This document shows positions 27,968-42,409 of a stretch of 64,000 nucleotides of DNA, piece by piece; position 1 is the stretch's first letter, and each line of letters opens with the position of its first letter. Source of the stretch: a phage; assembly GCA_037574385.1 (NCBI GenBank), contig GCA_037574385.1_4529.1, one strand, 5' to 3'. The notes under the pieces were generated by a model. It ran no database searches, had not been told where the DNA came from, and was given only the letters and a program-made list of their open reading frames with translations. A program made the translations under genes and the position numbers.

Positions 27968-28964
27968 TTCAAGTGTTGTCTATCGTTCGATAGTTACTTC
28001 AAAATTTAGAACTGAAAAAATGTTGAATTTCTACAATTCAATAGGTGATGGTGATAATAAAAACACCATCTTTATAACGTTTGGTCGGTCTGAACCATGG
28101 GCTGCTAATGAAAATGAGGTGGGCTTCGCCCCACCGTATCCAACAGACTCGGTTTTAGGTGTAACAGATATGTGGACTAACATGATGGGTTTAGTTAAAG
28201 TTATCCCATCTATGTTAGACTCGGTTATTCCTAGACGTGACTGGGGAGATATTCGTTATCCAGACCCTTATACATTCAAAATAAATGATATAGTCGTATG
28301 TAATACAGCCCCATATAATGCCACTGAAGTCGGGGCCGGATGGTTAGTATATCGTTGCGTAGATGTTCCTGATGTTGGGATGTGTTCTATTGAGTCTCTC
28401 GACAACAAAGAAGAATGTCTTAAATTAGGCGGTAAATGGACTCCATCTGTTAGGTCTTTAACCCCTCCTGAAGGCCGTGGAGATGCTGAAGGTATTATCG
28501 AAGTTGGCGATGGATATATATGGGAGTATCTTTATGAGATTCCACCCGATGTGTCTATAAACCGATGTACTAATGAATATATAGTCGTTCCATGGCCGGA
28601 AGAAGTTAAAGAAGACCCTGCTCGTTGGGGATATGAAAACAATCTAACCTGGCAACAAGATGATTTTGGCCTTGTGTATAGAGTTAAAGCAAACATAATT
28701 CGTTTTAAAGCCTATTTAGACTCAGTTTATTTCCCTAATGCAGCACTGCCTGGTAATAAAGGATTTAGACAAATTTCTATTATCACAAACCCGTTGGAAG
28801 CTAAACTCCGTCCTAATGACCCTAATATAAAAGCTGAAAAGGATTATTATGACCCCAGAGATTTACAACGTCATTCGGGTGAAATGATTTATATGGAAAA
28901 CCGTCCACCTATTATTATGGCAATGGACCAAACCGAAGAAATCAATATTTTGTTTATGTTCTAA
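27960..28964 (+). CDS. 8: gp8 baseplate wedge protein
   Basis: 334 aa as T4 gp8. Confidence 0.85.
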   Translation: MNDSSVVYRSIVTSKFRTEKMLNFYNSIGDGDNKNTIFITFGRSEPWAANENEVGFAPPYPTDSVLGVTDMWTNMMGLVKVIPSMLDSVIPRRDWGDIRYPDPYTFKINDIVVCNTAPYNATEVGAGWLVYRCVDVPDVGMCSIESLDNKEECLKLGGKWTPSVRSLTPPEGRGDAEGIIEVGDGYIWEYLYEIPPDVSINRCTNEYIVVPWPEEVKEDPARWGYENNLTWQQDDFGLVYRVKANIIRFKAYLDSVYFPNAALPGNKGFRQISIITNPLEAKLRPNDPNIKAEKDYYDPRDLQRHSGEMIYMENRPPIIMAMDQTEEINILFMF

Positions 28965-28968
28965 TTTA

Positions 28969-28986
28969 GGGAGACTTCGGTCTCCC
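28969..28986 (+). terminator. Stable hairpin GGGAGAC-UUCG-GUCUCCC after gene 8
   Basis: Perfect 7-bp stem with UUCG tetraloop, followed by UUUCG. Confidence 0.5.
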
Positions 28987-28993
28987 TTTCGTG

Positions 28994-29001
28994 TATAAAT
29001 A
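28994..29001 (+). promoter_or_regulatory. T4 late promoter TATAAATA for gene 9
   Basis: Exact TATAAATA 26 bp upstream of gene 9 start. Confidence 0.55.
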
Positions 29002-29026
29002 GTATAAACTATTAAGGATTAGCCAT

Positions 29027-29890
29027 ATGTATATTCAAACTCCAAAACAATTGATTGACGTTGGCGAAATTGGTAACGCTTCTACAGGCGATATCCTTTT
29101 TGACGGCGGTGTTAAAATAAACAATGATATAAATGCTATTTACAATGCGTTTGGCGACCAACGAAAAATGGCAACTGCTAATGGGACAGGACCAAATGGA
29201 CAAATAATCCATGCCACTGGATACTACCAAAAAGGAGGTCCTACTGATTATTTCACCCCTGTTCCAGTAGGAAGTAGACACGACATAGATGCTTCTACCG
29301 GTGGTGTTATTGTTACTGTTGCTAGAGGTGAACTCGGTGATTCCGTGGAATTTATAAATTCAAACGGTTCAATTTCGGTAAACAACCCATTAAGTATCCA
29401 AGCATTAGATTCTATTAAAGGTGTTGCAGGTAATTTAGTTATAACTACACCTTATACTAAAGTTACTCTTCGTTGTATTTCTTCTGGTACAGGCGGCTCA
29501 ATATGGGATTATTCTACAGAAAGTATGTTTAGTCATACCGAAATTCCTGTAGACGGGACATGGAATATTATTTCAGACTATGTCAATATTCCTCTATTTT
29601 ATAAAACTGAATATAATGCTGCTAAACTTTTGGTTACATGCCAATCTGCCAACGGCAGAAAAATTAAATCATGCGAAATAAATATTCTAATAGATACAAT
29701 TAATTCAAGAGTTATTTCAACCGAATACGCAGTGATGCGCGTTGGTAATGATAACGAAGAAGATGAAATTGCGAATATTAGTTTTTCGATAATTAACAAT
29801 TTTGCCACTATGACAGTTTCTTCACATATAAATGGTCTTCGAGTGGCAGCTAAAGTTATTTCAACTCAGAAAATTAGGGTCGCTCAATAA
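29027..29890 (+). CDS. 9: gp9 baseplate wedge / long-tail-fiber socket
   Basis: 287 aa (T4 288); synteny. Confidence 0.85.
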   Translation: MYIQTPKQLIDVGEIGNASTGDILFDGGVKINNDINAIYNAFGDQRKMATANGTGPNGQIIHATGYYQKGGPTDYFTPVPVGSRHDIDASTGGVIVTVARGELGDSVEFINSNGSISVNNPLSIQALDSIKGVAGNLVITTPYTKVTLRCISSGTGGSIWDYSTESMFSHTEIPVDGTWNIISDYVNIPLFYKTEYNAAKLLVTCQSANGRKIKSCEINILIDTINSRVISTEYAVMRVGNDNEEDEIANISFSIINNFATMTVSSHINGLRVAAKVISTQKIRVAQ

Positions 29891-31704
29891 TGAAACAAAA
29901 TATTAAAATTGGGAACGTCGTTGATGACGGACAAGGCGATTACCTTCGTCGTGGTGGTGCAAAAATTAATGAAAACTTTGATGAGTTGTATTATGAATTA
30001 GGCGATGGCGAAGTTCCATATTCCGCTGGTGCCTGGAAAACATACCATTCTTCAGATGGACTTAATTTAGCTGCTGAATGGGGTAAATCATACGCAATTG
30101 ATACTTCAACAGGGCGTGTTTCTATAAATTTACCTAAAGGAACAGTGGAAGATTATAATAAAGTAATTAGAGCCCGTGATGTATTCGCCACATGGAATAT
30201 TAATCCTGTAACATTAATTGCTGCCAGTGGTGATACTATTAAAGGTTCTTCTAGCCCAGTAGAAATCAATGTGCAGTTTTCAGACTTAGAATTAGTTTAC
30301 TGTTCTCCTGGGCGCTGGGAATACGTTAAAAATAAACAAATAGACAAAATTACTAGTTCTGATATTAGTAGTGTAGCTCGTAAAGAATTTTTAGTCGAAG
30401 TTCAAGGTCAAACTGATTTTCTTGATGTATTTGGGTCTGTTTCTTATAATGTGAATAATATCCGTGTAAAACATCGTGGTAACGAATTATACTACGGTGA
30501 TGTGTTCAGTGACAATAGTGACTTTGGTTCTCCAGGAGCTAATCCTGGTGAAATCGTTGCATTAGATGGTAAAAACATCCGTTTAAGACAACCATGTAAT
30601 ATCGGCGACACCGTGCAAATTGAAACCTTTTTGGATGGTATTACACAATTACGCAGTTCTTATTCTCGCCGCCAAATACGTATTTTAGATTCGAAATTAA
30701 CAACCCGTCCTTCCTTAGAAGGAAGTGTATATGTTGCTGATTTGTCAACTTTGAAATCTATTCCTTTTTCCGCATTTGGAGTTAATCCTTCAGAACCGGT
30801 CAATACCAATTCTTTAGAAGTTCGTTTTAACGGTATTCTTCAAGAATTAGCTGGTACTGTTGGTTTACCTATGTTCAGATGTGAAGGAGCTGACGCAGAA
30901 ACTTCTACTGAGTGTTCAGCTTTAGGTGGGACTTGGGTTACATCTAACACAGATTATTCTATTGAATATGATGATAACGATGCAACTATCGCACGTGCTT
31001 TAGTCTTTGACCGTAAGTTTGAAGACCAAGACATTATTGATATTACATGGTTTAATAACGATTTAGGCACTTTATTAAGTATCGATGACATTTTAGATAC
31101 AACTGATGAAAGGTATGTCGCACAAGGTGCAACCGTAAATGTGACAGGCGATGTGGCTTTGACCGATTTCAATAATATCGGATGGCCTAATGTAGAACCT
31201 GTTCCGACATATAGCAGGGAATTCTCATCTATTGCAAATATTTTTAACACCATTTACCCTGTCGGTACTATTTACGAAAATGCAGTGAACCCTAATAACC
31301 CAGCCACGTATTTAGGATTTGGCTCTTGGAAATTATGGGGACAAGGAAAAGTATTAGTTGGATGGAACGACGATATTAGCGATCCTAATTTTGCATTAAA
31401 TAATAACGACCTTGATTCTAGCGGGAATCCTACACATACCGCCGGTGGAACAGTCGGAACAACGTCTAACACACTAACTAATTCTGATTTACCTCCTACT
31501 CAAACTGACGAGAAAGTTCTTATTTCCGATGAGAACGGTACAATTATTATTGGTGGTTGTCAATACGACCCTGATGCAGAAGGTCCTATATACACCAAAT
31601 ACCGTGAAGGCCACGCCACAACGAATAGTACACACGTACCGCCTCAAGCTGTAAATAATATTCAACCGTCAATTACCGTATACCGTTGGGTAAGGATTGC
31701 ATAA
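29890..31704 (+). CDS. 10: gp10 baseplate wedge / short-tail-fiber attachment
   Basis: 604 aa (T4 602); synteny. Confidence 0.85.
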   Translation: MKQNIKIGNVVDDGQGDYLRRGGAKINENFDELYYELGDGEVPYSAGAWKTYHSSDGLNLAAEWGKSYAIDTSTGRVSINLPKGTVEDYNKVIRARDVFATWNINPVTLIAASGDTIKGSSSPVEINVQFSDLELVYCSPGRWEYVKNKQIDKITSSDISSVARKEFLVEVQGQTDFLDVFGSVSYNVNNIRVKHRGNELYYGDVFSDNSDFGSPGANPGEIVALDGKNIRLRQPCNIGDTVQIETFLDGITQLRSSYSRRQIRILDSKLTTRPSLEGSVYVADLSTLKSIPFSAFGVNPSEPVNTNSLEVRFNGILQELAGTVGLPMFRCEGADAETSTECSALGGTWVTSNTDYSIEYDDNDATIARALVFDRKFEDQDIIDITWFNNDLGTLLSIDDILDTTDERYVAQGATVNVTGDVALTDFNNIGWPNVEPVPTYSREFSSIANIFNTIYPVGTIYENAVNPNNPATYLGFGSWKLWGQGKVLVGWNDDISDPNFALNNNDLDSSGNPTHTAGGTVGTTSNTLTNSDLPPTQTDEKVLISDENGTIIIGGCQYDPDAEGPIYTKYREGHATTNSTHVPPQAVNNIQPSITVYRWVRIA

Positions 31705-32363
31705 TGACCATACTTAGTACTAAAGCGGGAGTAATATCCCGCGAAGCAGATTTTTTAGGATTTAGAAAAAATCCTACTCAAATTGATATTTTAAACAACC
31801 AAGGCGTAGGTTCTGTAACTATTTCTCAATTGGCAAAAGGATTCTACGATGATAACGTAGAATCTGCAATAAACGATGTTCATAATATTGCTAGAGCAGA
31901 TGTAGGAACAGTTACAATTAACACCTCAGGTGTATCTCCTGAAGGAACTTCACAGGTAGATTATTGGTCCTTTAGTGGAAGTGTAACTGACCCTAGTTTG
32001 CCCGATGGAAGCCCTGTTATTGTAAAAGTTTATGGACTTCCTGTTAATGCTACTGTAGGTATGACCGCCGACGAATTTGTTGTACAATTACGTACTACTC
32101 TCCGGAATGCGATTTCCGACCAATTGGCTATTGCAGAGTATAAAGATGACCCTACTGTTGGGACTAAATTACAAATAACATATTTAGATAACCAAAGACA
32201 CGTACTCCCAACGTATTCCTCTTATGGTATCACGGTTTCTCAAGAAATAGTGTCTCAGGCTAAGTCCGGGTACGGCACTTGGAATTTACTAGGTGCGCAA
32301 ACCATTACTCTTGACAACCATATTTCACCTACAACCTTTTATTATTTTGTGAGAACCGCATGA
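31704..32363 (+). CDS. 11: gp11 baseplate wedge protein (start at MTILSTK, TAATG overlap)
   Basis: 219 aa as T4 gp11. Confidence 0.8.
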   Translation: MTILSTKAGVISREADFLGFRKNPTQIDILNNQGVGSVTISQLAKGFYDDNVESAINDVHNIARADVGTVTINTSGVSPEGTSQVDYWSFSGSVTDPSLPDGSPVIVKVYGLPVNATVGMTADEFVVQLRTTLRNAISDQLAIAEYKDDPTVGTKLQITYLDNQRHVLPTYSSYGITVSQEIVSQAKSGYGTWNLLGAQTITLDNHISPTTFYYFVRTA

Positions 32364-33910
32364 GTAACAATACATATCAACACGTTTCGAACGAATCTGT
32401 ATATGTTGAATTTGACCCGGTAGGGTCAAATTTTGATAGTTCAATAACCAATGTCCAGGCAGCCTTAGCCTCAATTAGCGCATATGGTGTTAAAGGTGTT
32501 CCAGACGCAAGCGAAGCAGAAAAAGGTGTAATTCAATTAGCGACAGAACAAGAAGTTCTTGATGGATTTAATAGTACTAAAGCCGTTACACCCGCCACAT
32601 TAAATGCAAGACTTCAGTATCCGAACGCGTCAGAAACACAATACGGTGTAACTAAATACGCAACACAAGAGGAAGCCATTGCCGGCACTTTAGACACTGT
32701 TTCTATTACTCCGCTTAAATTAAACCAAACTATTGATAACACGTTCTCTACTCGTTATTCCACCGAAACAACTAATGGTGTTATTAAAATTGCAACTCAA
32801 ACCGCTGCACTTGCCGGGTCTGATGATACCACAGCAATGACACCGCTTAAAACTCAGCAATTAGCAATAAAATTAATTTCTCAAATAGCTCCTAATAACG
32901 ACCCGGCTTCGGAAGCTATTACTGGCGTTGTGCGTTTAGCTACAGTGGCCCAAACACGTCAAGGAACTCTTCGCGAAGGATATGCAATTTCCCCATATAC
33001 CTTTATGAATTCTGTTGCAACACAAGAATATAAAGGTGTTATACGTCTAGGAACACAAACGGAAATTAATAGTAATTTAGGAGATGTTGCTGTAACAGGT
33101 GAAACGCTAAATGGTAGAGGAGCTACCGGTTCTATGCGCGGAGTCGTAAAATTAACGACGCAGGCCGGTGTTGCACCAGAAGGCGATAGCTCTGGAGCAT
33201 TAGCATGGAACGCAGATGTAATTAATACACGCGGTGGGCAAACTATTAATGGTTCTTTAAATTTAGACCATCTCACAGCAAACGGAATTTGGTCACGTGG
33301 CGGAATGTGGAAAAACGGTGACCAGCCGGTTGCAACAGAGCGATATGCATCTGAACGTGTTCCTGTTGGAACAATTCAAATGTTCGCAGGTGATAGCGCT
33401 CCTCCAGGTTGGGTTTTATGTCATGGTGGGACCGTTTCTGGGAACCAATTTCCGGACTATCGAAATGTGGTTGGAACGAGATTTGGCGGTGATTGGAATA
33501 ATCCTGGAATTCCAGACATGCGCGGTCTTTTTGTTAGAGGAGCTGGTACAGGCAGCCATATTTTAAATAATCGCGGCCAAGACGGCTATGGAAAGGATAG
33601 ATTAGGTGTAGGATGTGACGGTATGCATGTTGGTGGTGTCCAAGCACAGCAAATGTCATATCATAAACACGCTGGTGGATGGGGTGAATATCAACGTCAT
33701 GAGGCACCGTTCGGAGCATCCGTATATCAAGGTTATTTGGGTACTAGAAAATACTCTGATTGGGATAACGCATCGTATTTCACAAATGACGGCTTCGAAT
33801 TAGGCGGTCACCGCGACGCAACAGGCACTCTTAACCGTGAAGGACTTATCGGATATGAGACTCGTCCATGGAATATATCTTTAAATTATATTATTAAAGT
33901 CCATTACTAA
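32360..33910 (+). CDS. 12: gp12 short tail fiber
   Basis: 516 aa (T4 527); synteny. Confidence 0.85.
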   Translation: MSNNTYQHVSNESVYVEFDPVGSNFDSSITNVQAALASISAYGVKGVPDASEAEKGVIQLATEQEVLDGFNSTKAVTPATLNARLQYPNASETQYGVTKYATQEEAIAGTLDTVSITPLKLNQTIDNTFSTRYSTETTNGVIKIATQTAALAGSDDTTAMTPLKTQQLAIKLISQIAPNNDPASEAITGVVRLATVAQTRQGTLREGYAISPYTFMNSVATQEYKGVIRLGTQTEINSNLGDVAVTGETLNGRGATGSMRGVVKLTTQAGVAPEGDSSGALAWNADVINTRGGQTINGSLNLDHLTANGIWSRGGMWKNGDQPVATERYASERVPVGTIQMFAGDSAPPGWVLCHGGTVSGNQFPDYRNVVGTRFGGDWNNPGIPDMRGLFVRGAGTGSHILNNRGQDGYGKDRLGVGCDGMHVGGVQAQQMSYHKHAGGWGEYQRHEAPFGASVYQGYLGTRKYSDWDNASYFTNDGFELGGHRDATGTLNREGLIGYETRPWNISLNYIIKVHY

Positions 33911-33919
33911 GGGTAAAAA

Positions 33920-35362
33920 ATGATCGAATTAAAAAGTCTACCATACGTTGATGGCCCTCCTGATGAGGGTCAAAAACGTTTAAACTGGATTAAAAATTCA
34001 GAAGAAATAACTGGCGCTGATACGTTATACGGTTCTGAAGGAGTAATGAACCGTCCAATAACAGAAGTTCAACGAAATGTAGAAACAATTAACGATAACG
34101 TTAAGACTATCGCAGAATCTTTAGATACCGCTAATGCTGATATTGTCACAATTAAAAGTATCTTAGATGTTTCTGGTGATGTAGATGCTTTAGCACAAAT
34201 TGGACATAACACTGATGATATTGAAGTATTAAAACACACTGTAAATTCACACAGTGTTGATATTTTAAACACTGAAGAAAAACTAGATGATACTATTGCT
34301 AATATCGGAGTAGTTAATCCAGAAACAGATTCAGTGTATCGTACGGTGCGTAACGACCTTCTTTGGATTAAAACCGAATTAGGGCAATATACTGGGCAAG
34401 ATATTAATGGTGTCCCAACCGAAGGTAATGAAAGCACCGGCATGAAACGACGTATTATTACTAACAGCTCAGTGTTGGTTGACCAAGGCGTTCGTTTAAC
34501 TGAGTTAGAAAATAAATTTGCCGATTCTGATGTTGGGGCTCTGACAACCGAAGTTGAAAACCTCCGTCAAGAAATAGGTCCTAGACCATCGTTAACAGTA
34601 CCGGTTTACACTCGTTTATCCGGTATTGATTCATCCATTTCTATCCAAACTAGAGATATTGCGGCATTAAAAGATTTTGTTGGATATCCTAATTCAACCG
34701 CTATTAAAACTCAAGTCGAGGCCAATCGTCTTTCTATATCAACAATAAATTCAGACATTAACTCGCCTGGCGGTATTAAACCACGTTTGACAACGTTAGA
34801 AACTACTATAGGCTCCCCAGATTTACCAACTACTCTTCAGGGTAGGATCAAATTAAATACCGATTCCATTTCAGGTATTAACACAGTTTTAGGTGTTGAT
34901 TCTTCTAGTGGTTTACGTTTTAATGTAGCATGGCTTAATCAGGTGGTTGGCGTTGATTCAAATGGTGGACAACCCGAACCGGCTGGTTCACTTTTATATA
35001 GGACTCGTATTCTTGAAACTGGTGTTACTGACCTAGACAATAACATTCAAAACGTTCAAACCGAATTGGGAACTAATTCGTCAGGTATTAAAGGACAAGT
35101 AACTAGTTTAAATAAACTTATAAGCGGCACTAACCCAAATGGTCAAACCATAGAAGAACGTGGTATATTGCCAACAGTTAAAAACCATGACACAACAATT
35201 ATGGCTTTAACTACGCGTGTTACCACTTTAGAAACCGACCTTGCTGCAGCAGAAGCAGAAATTCAGGCCCTTAAAGAGGCTGGATATATTGAAGATGCTC
35301 CTTCAGACGGTAAATTCTATGTTCGCAAAGATGGTGCATGGGTTGAACTTCCTACAGCTTAA
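33920..35362 (+). CDS. wac: Fibritin (whisker antigen control)
   Basis: 480 aa coiled-coil protein with C-terminal foldon-like GYIEDAPSDGKFYVRKDGAWVEL. Confidence 0.9.
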   Translation: MIELKSLPYVDGPPDEGQKRLNWIKNSEEITGADTLYGSEGVMNRPITEVQRNVETINDNVKTIAESLDTANADIVTIKSILDVSGDVDALAQIGHNTDDIEVLKHTVNSHSVDILNTEEKLDDTIANIGVVNPETDSVYRTVRNDLLWIKTELGQYTGQDINGVPTEGNESTGMKRRIITNSSVLVDQGVRLTELENKFADSDVGALTTEVENLRQEIGPRPSLTVPVYTRLSGIDSSISIQTRDIAALKDFVGYPNSTAIKTQVEANRLSISTINSDINSPGGIKPRLTTLETTIGSPDLPTTLQGRIKLNTDSISGINTVLGVDSSSGLRFNVAWLNQVVGVDSNGGQPEPAGSLLYRTRILETGVTDLDNNIQNVQTELGTNSSGIKGQVTSLNKLISGTNPNGQTIEERGILPTVKNHDTTIMALTTRVTTLETDLAAAEAEIQALKEAGYIEDAPSDGKFYVRKDGAWVELPTA

Positions 35363-35369
35363 TGAAAAG

Positions 35370-35383
35370 GGCCTTCGGGCCCT
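35370..35383 (+). terminator. Hairpin GGGCC-UUCG-GGCCC after wac
   Basis: 5-bp GC stem with UUCG tetraloop. Confidence 0.45.
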
Positions 35384-35394
35384 AAAGGATTTAT

Positions 35395-36321
35395 ATGTCA
35401 GGTTATAATGCACAAAACCCTAAAGAATTAAAGGATGTAATATTACGTCGTTTAGGCGCTCCTATTGTAAATGTCGAATTAACTACAGACCAAATTTATG
35501 ATTGTATTTCACGAGCGTTAGAACTTTATGGCGAATACCATTTTGACGGGTTGAATAAAGGTTTCCATGTATTTTTTGTTGATGACGAAGAAAAATACCG
35601 TCACGGCGTATTTGATATGCGTGGTTCTAATGTATTTGCTGTAACAAGAATTATAAGAACAAACGTTGGCTCTATTACTTCAATGGATGGTAACGCAACT
35701 TATCCATGGTTCACTGATTTCCTTTTAGGAATGGCAGGCGTTTCTGGTGGTATGGGTAGTAATTGTGGTAAATTCTACGGTCCGAACGCTTTTGGTGCCG
35801 ACCTCGGGTATTATTCTCAATTAGTATCTTATATGGGTATGCTTCAAGATATGATTGCTCCTCTTCCAGATTTTTGGTTTAACTCTGCAAACGAGCAATT
35901 AAAAGTAATGGGTAACTTTAGACAGAAAGATGTTATTATCGTTGAATCGTATGTTCGCTCTTATATTGAGACACATAAGATGGTAGGAAATACAGTAGGT
36001 TATGGTCAGGTCGGTCCTCGTGATTCATGGTCTATTTCTGAACGTTATGATAATCCAGACCATAATTTAGTCGGACGTCGAGTTGGTGAAGATCCTGCAA
36101 CTAAACAAGGCGCATATAACAACCGCTGGGTTAAAGATTATGCAACTGCATTAGCTAAAGAGCTTAATGGACAAATTCTTGCTAAACATCAAGGTATGAT
36201 GTTACCTGGTGGTGTCACTGTTGATGGTGTTCGATTAATTGAAGAAGCCCGTTTAGAGAAAGAAGCTTTACGAGAAGAGTTATATTTACTGGACCCTCCT
36301 GCAGGTATTTTGGTAGGTTAA
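35395..36321 (+). CDS. 13: gp13 neck protein
   Basis: 308 aa (T4 309); synteny. Confidence 0.85.
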   Translation: MSGYNAQNPKELKDVILRRLGAPIVNVELTTDQIYDCISRALELYGEYHFDGLNKGFHVFFVDDEEKYRHGVFDMRGSNVFAVTRIIRTNVGSITSMDGNATYPWFTDFLLGMAGVSGGMGSNCGKFYGPNAFGADLGYYSQLVSYMGMLQDMIAPLPDFWFNSANEQLKVMGNFRQKDVIIVESYVRSYIETHKMVGNTVGYGQVGPRDSWSISERYDNPDHNLVGRRVGEDPATKQGAYNNRWVKDYATALAKELNGQILAKHQGMMLPGGVTVDGVRLIEEARLEKEALREELYLLDPPAGILVG

Positions 36322-36322
36322 T

Positions 36323-37087
36323 ATGGCGACTTATGATAAAAATCTTTTCGCCAAACTAGAAAATCGCGGCGGGTATTCTCAGACAAATGAGACCGAAATC
36401 CTCAATCCATTTGTCAATTTTAATAACTATGAGAATAGTCAGACATTAGCTGATGTTCTAGTGGCAGAAAGCATACAAATGCGCGGTATTGAATGTTTTT
36501 ATGTTCCACGTGAATATGTTGCAGTGGATCTTATCTTTGGTGAGGACCTTAAAAATAAATTTACTAAAGCATGGAAATTTGCTGCGTATCTGAACTCTTT
36601 TGAAGGTTATGAAGGAGCGAAATCGTTCTTCAGCAACTTCGGAATGCAAGTTCAAGATGAAGTTACATTATCTATTAACCCAGGTCTTTTCAAACACCAG
36701 GTTAACAATCAGGAGCCTAAGGAAGGTGATTTAATATACTTCCCAATGGATAACAGTTTGTTTGAGATTAACTGGGTTGAACCATATGACCCATTCTATC
36801 AAGTAGGTAAAAATGCAATTCGTAAAATTACTGCAGGCAAGTTTATTTACTCTGGCGAAGAAATCAATCCGGTGCTTCAGAAAAATGAAGGTATCAATAT
36901 ACCTGAATTTAGTGACTTGGAACTTAACCCTGTTAGAAATCTTGACGGTATCCATGACATTAATATCGATGAATATTCTGAAGTTGAGCAAATCAATTCA
37001 GAGGCAAGTGAATACGTTGAGCCGTATGTAGTAGTTAACAACCGTGGTAGACAAAATTCACCATTTGACGATGGGTTTATGAATTAA
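36323..37087 (+). CDS. 14: gp14 neck protein
   Basis: 254 aa (T4 256); synteny. Confidence 0.85.
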   Translation: MATYDKNLFAKLENRGGYSQTNETEILNPFVNFNNYENSQTLADVLVAESIQMRGIECFYVPREYVAVDLIFGEDLKNKFTKAWKFAAYLNSFEGYEGAKSFFSNFGMQVQDEVTLSINPGLFKHQVNNQEPKEGDLIYFPMDNSLFEINWVEPYDPFYQVGKNAIRKITAGKFIYSGEEINPVLQKNEGINIPEFSDLELNPVRNLDGIHDINIDEYSEVEQINSEASEYVEPYVVVNNRGRQNSPFDDGFMN

Positions 37088-37136
37088 TAAATAGATAAGA
37101 TAAAGCAAACACCGGTCGAAAGGCCGGTTAGGAGAA

Positions 37137-37961
37137 ATGATGTTTGGTTATTTTTACAACTCGTCGTTCAGGCGATATATCACAATGATGGGCGATTTGT
37201 TTTCAAATATCCAAGTTAACCGTCAATTGTCTACAGGCAATAAATTAATTAGAGTTCCTATTACGTATGCATCTAAAGAGCACTTTATGATGAAACTTAA
37301 TAAATGGACCTCTATAAACTCACAAGAAGATGTGGCTAAAGTCGAAACTATTCTACCACGTATAAATCTCCAAATGGTAGATTTCGTTTATAACCCGACT
37401 TTTAAAACGAATATATTGAATAACTCTCTTTTGAGTAAATCGACTAAGGATATTGTAGACCAATACAACCCATCACCAATTAAAATGATTTTTGAACTGA
37501 GCATCTTTACTCGTTATGAAGATGATATGTTTCAAATCGTTGAGCAAATTATTCCGTATTTTCAGCCGCATTTTAATACGACTATGATTGAGCAGTATGG
37601 ACAGGATATTCCATTTGAAAGGGATATTAAAGTCGTATGGATGTCAGCAGCAATGGATGAACAAATAGATGGTGATAATTTATCCCGTCGACGTTTAGAG
37701 TGGTCATTAACATTTGAAGTAAATGGATGGATGTATCCTCCGGTAGGCGCAGCCGAAGGCCTTATTAAAACGACTTATCTTGATTTTCATGCTAATGAAC
37801 GAGACCTTCAAACAGCCGCCAGTGTTTTTGAATCAGTTGATACAGAAATTAAACCGAGAGACGTTGAAGCACAAGATTGGAATGGTGAAGTTGAACAAAC
37901 TTATACTCATGATATTCCAATCCCGACTCCACCAACCCCTCCTGGTCCTAGAAAACAATAA
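37137..37961 (+). CDS. 15: gp15 tail sheath stabilizer / tail completion
   Basis: 274 aa (T4 272); synteny. Confidence 0.85.
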   Translation: MMFGYFYNSSFRRYITMMGDLFSNIQVNRQLSTGNKLIRVPITYASKEHFMMKLNKWTSINSQEDVAKVETILPRINLQMVDFVYNPTFKTNILNNSLLSKSTKDIVDQYNPSPIKMIFELSIFTRYEDDMFQIVEQIIPYFQPHFNTTMIEQYGQDIPFERDIKVVWMSAAMDEQIDGDNLSRRRLEWSLTFEVNGWMYPPVGAAEGLIKTTYLDFHANERDLQTAASVFESVDTEIKPRDVEAQDWNGEVEQTYTHDIPIPTPPTPPGPRKQ

Positions 37962-40287
<2,326 letters not shown>

Positions 40288-40314
40288 AAATAAAGCAAAT
40301 TAAGAGGAATTAAA

Positions 40315-42297
40315 ATGGCACTTCTCTCTCCGGGCGTTGAGCTCAAAGAAACTACCGTACAGAGTACTGTAGTTAATAACTCCACTGGTACTGCTGCCCT
40401 GGCTGGAAAATTCCAATGGGGACCTGCATTCCAGATTAAACAAATCACCGATGAAGTTGCGTTGGTTGATATGTTTGGTACTCCTAACACAGACACCGCA
40501 GATTATTTCATGTCTGCTATGAACTTCCTTCAATATGGTAATGACCTTCGTGTTGTACGCGCTGTTGATCGTGATACTGCTAAGAACTCATCTCCTGTGG
40601 CAGGAAACATTAATTTTACTATTTCTTCGGCTGGCACCAACTACAGAGTCGGTGATAAAGTTGTAGTTAAATATTCTACAGATGTTATCGAACCAGACGG
40701 TGAAGTTACTTCGGTTGATTCTGACGGTAAAATTTTGAATATCTTTATTCCTTCAGGTAAAATTATCGCTAAAGCGAAAGAAATCGGCGAATATCCTGAA
40801 TTAGGTTCAAACTGGACTGCCGAAATGTCTGGGTCTTCTTCTGGTCTATCTGCAGTAATTACTATTGATTCCGTTGTAATGGATTCTGGTATTCTGTTGA
40901 CTGAAGTTGAAACTTCAGAAGAAGCTATTACTTCTCTAACTTTCCAAGAATCTATTAAAAAATATGGTGTCCCGGGTGTAGTTGCTCTTTATCCAGGTGA
41001 ACTTGGAGACCAGCTCGAAATTGAAATCGTATCTAAAGCAGACTATGACAAAGGTGCTTCAGCCCAGTTAAAAATTTATCCTGATGGTGGCACTCGTTAT
41101 TCTACTGCTAAAGCAATCTTTGGGTACGGTCCACAGACCGATGACCAATATGCAATTATCGTTCGTCGCAACGACGCGGTAGTCCAGAGCGTAGTTCTTT
41201 CTACTAAACGTGGTGAACGAGATATTTATGGTAGCAATATCTTCATTGACGATTTCTTTGCTAAAGGCGCAAGCAATTATATTTTCGCTACGGCACAAGG
41301 TTGGCCAAAAGGTTTCTCTGGCGTAATCAAACTGAATGGTGGCTTATCATCTAATGAAACGGTTGAAGCCGGTGATTTAATGGAAGCTTGGGATTTGTTT
41401 GCTGACCGCGAATCTGTTAATGCGCAGTTGTTTATTGCCGGTTCTTGTGCAGGCGAATCTTTAGAAGTTGCTTCCACTGTTCAGAAACATGTTGTAGCAA
41501 TTGGTGATTCTCGCCAAGATTGTTTGGTTCTTTGCTCACCGCCACGTGCAACTATAGTCGGTATTCCTGTTAATCGTGCAGTTGATAATCTGGTTGATTG
41601 GCGTACTGCGTCAGGAACTTACACCGATAATAACTTTAATGTAAGTTCTACTTATGCTGCTATTGACGGTAACTATAAATATCAATATGACAAATATAAT
41701 GACGTGAATCGTTGGGTTCCATTAGCTGCTGATATCGCTGGTCTTTGTGCTCGCACAGACAATATTTCTCAGCCTTGGATGTCTCCTGCCGGTTATAACC
41801 GTGGACAAATTCTTAACGTTATTAAGCTTGCAATTGAAACTCGCCAAGCGCAGCGTGATCGTTTATATCAGGAAGCTATTAACCCTGTTACTGGTACTGG
41901 TGGTGATGGGTATGTTCTGTACGGTGATAAAACTGCCACTTCTGTTCCTTCGCCATTTGACCGTATTAACGTTCGTCGTTTGTTCAATATGGTTAAAACG
42001 AACATTGGTTCAGCATCTAAATATCGCCTGTTTGAATTGAACAACGCATTTACCCGTTCTTCTTTCCGTACAGAGACTTCTCAATATCTACAGGGTATTA
42101 AAGCTCTCGGTGGTGTATATAACTTTAAAGTTGTTTGTGATACTACCAATAACACCCCGGCAGTTATCGACCGTAATGAATTTGTAGCTACTTTCTACTT
42201 ACAACCTGCCCGCTCGATAAATTATATTACGTTGAACTTTGTAGCAACAGCAACTGGTGCTGATTTCGACGAACTAATTGGTGCTGTAGGTGGCTAA
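40315..42297 (+). CDS. 18: gp18 contractile tail sheath protein
   Basis: 660 aa (T4 659); synteny. Confidence 0.95.
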   Translation: MALLSPGVELKETTVQSTVVNNSTGTAALAGKFQWGPAFQIKQITDEVALVDMFGTPNTDTADYFMSAMNFLQYGNDLRVVRAVDRDTAKNSSPVAGNINFTISSAGTNYRVGDKVVVKYSTDVIEPDGEVTSVDSDGKILNIFIPSGKIIAKAKEIGEYPELGSNWTAEMSGSSSGLSAVITIDSVVMDSGILLTEVETSEEAITSLTFQESIKKYGVPGVVALYPGELGDQLEIEIVSKADYDKGASAQLKIYPDGGTRYSTAKAIFGYGPQTDDQYAIIVRRNDAVVQSVVLSTKRGERDIYGSNIFIDDFFAKGASNYIFATAQGWPKGFSGVIKLNGGLSSNETVEAGDLMEAWDLFADRESVNAQLFIAGSCAGESLEVASTVQKHVVAIGDSRQDCLVLCSPPRATIVGIPVNRAVDNLVDWRTASGTYTDNNFNVSSTYAAIDGNYKYQYDKYNDVNRWVPLAADIAGLCARTDNISQPWMSPAGYNRGQILNVIKLAIETRQAQRDRLYQEAINPVTGTGGDGYVLYGDKTATSVPSPFDRINVRRLFNMVKTNIGSASKYRLFELNNAFTRSSFRTETSQYLQGIKALGGVYNFKVVCDTTNNTPAVIDRNEFVATFYLQPARSINYITLNFVATATGADFDELIGAVGG

Positions 42298-42310
42298 TAA
42301 GACGCCTGAT

Positions 42311-42337
42311 GGGCTATTTAGGTAGCCCATATAAATA
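42311..42337 (+). promoter_or_regulatory. Hairpin (GGGCUA..UAGCCC) followed by late promoter TATAAATA for gene 19
   Basis: Stem-loop directly after gene 18 stop, then exact TATAAATA. Confidence 0.5.
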
Positions 42338-42409
42338 TACTATATCGTTTAAAAATTAATTCTATGGGCATCCGGTTAATCCTAAGCCCATATTACTACA
42401 GAGGCTAAT

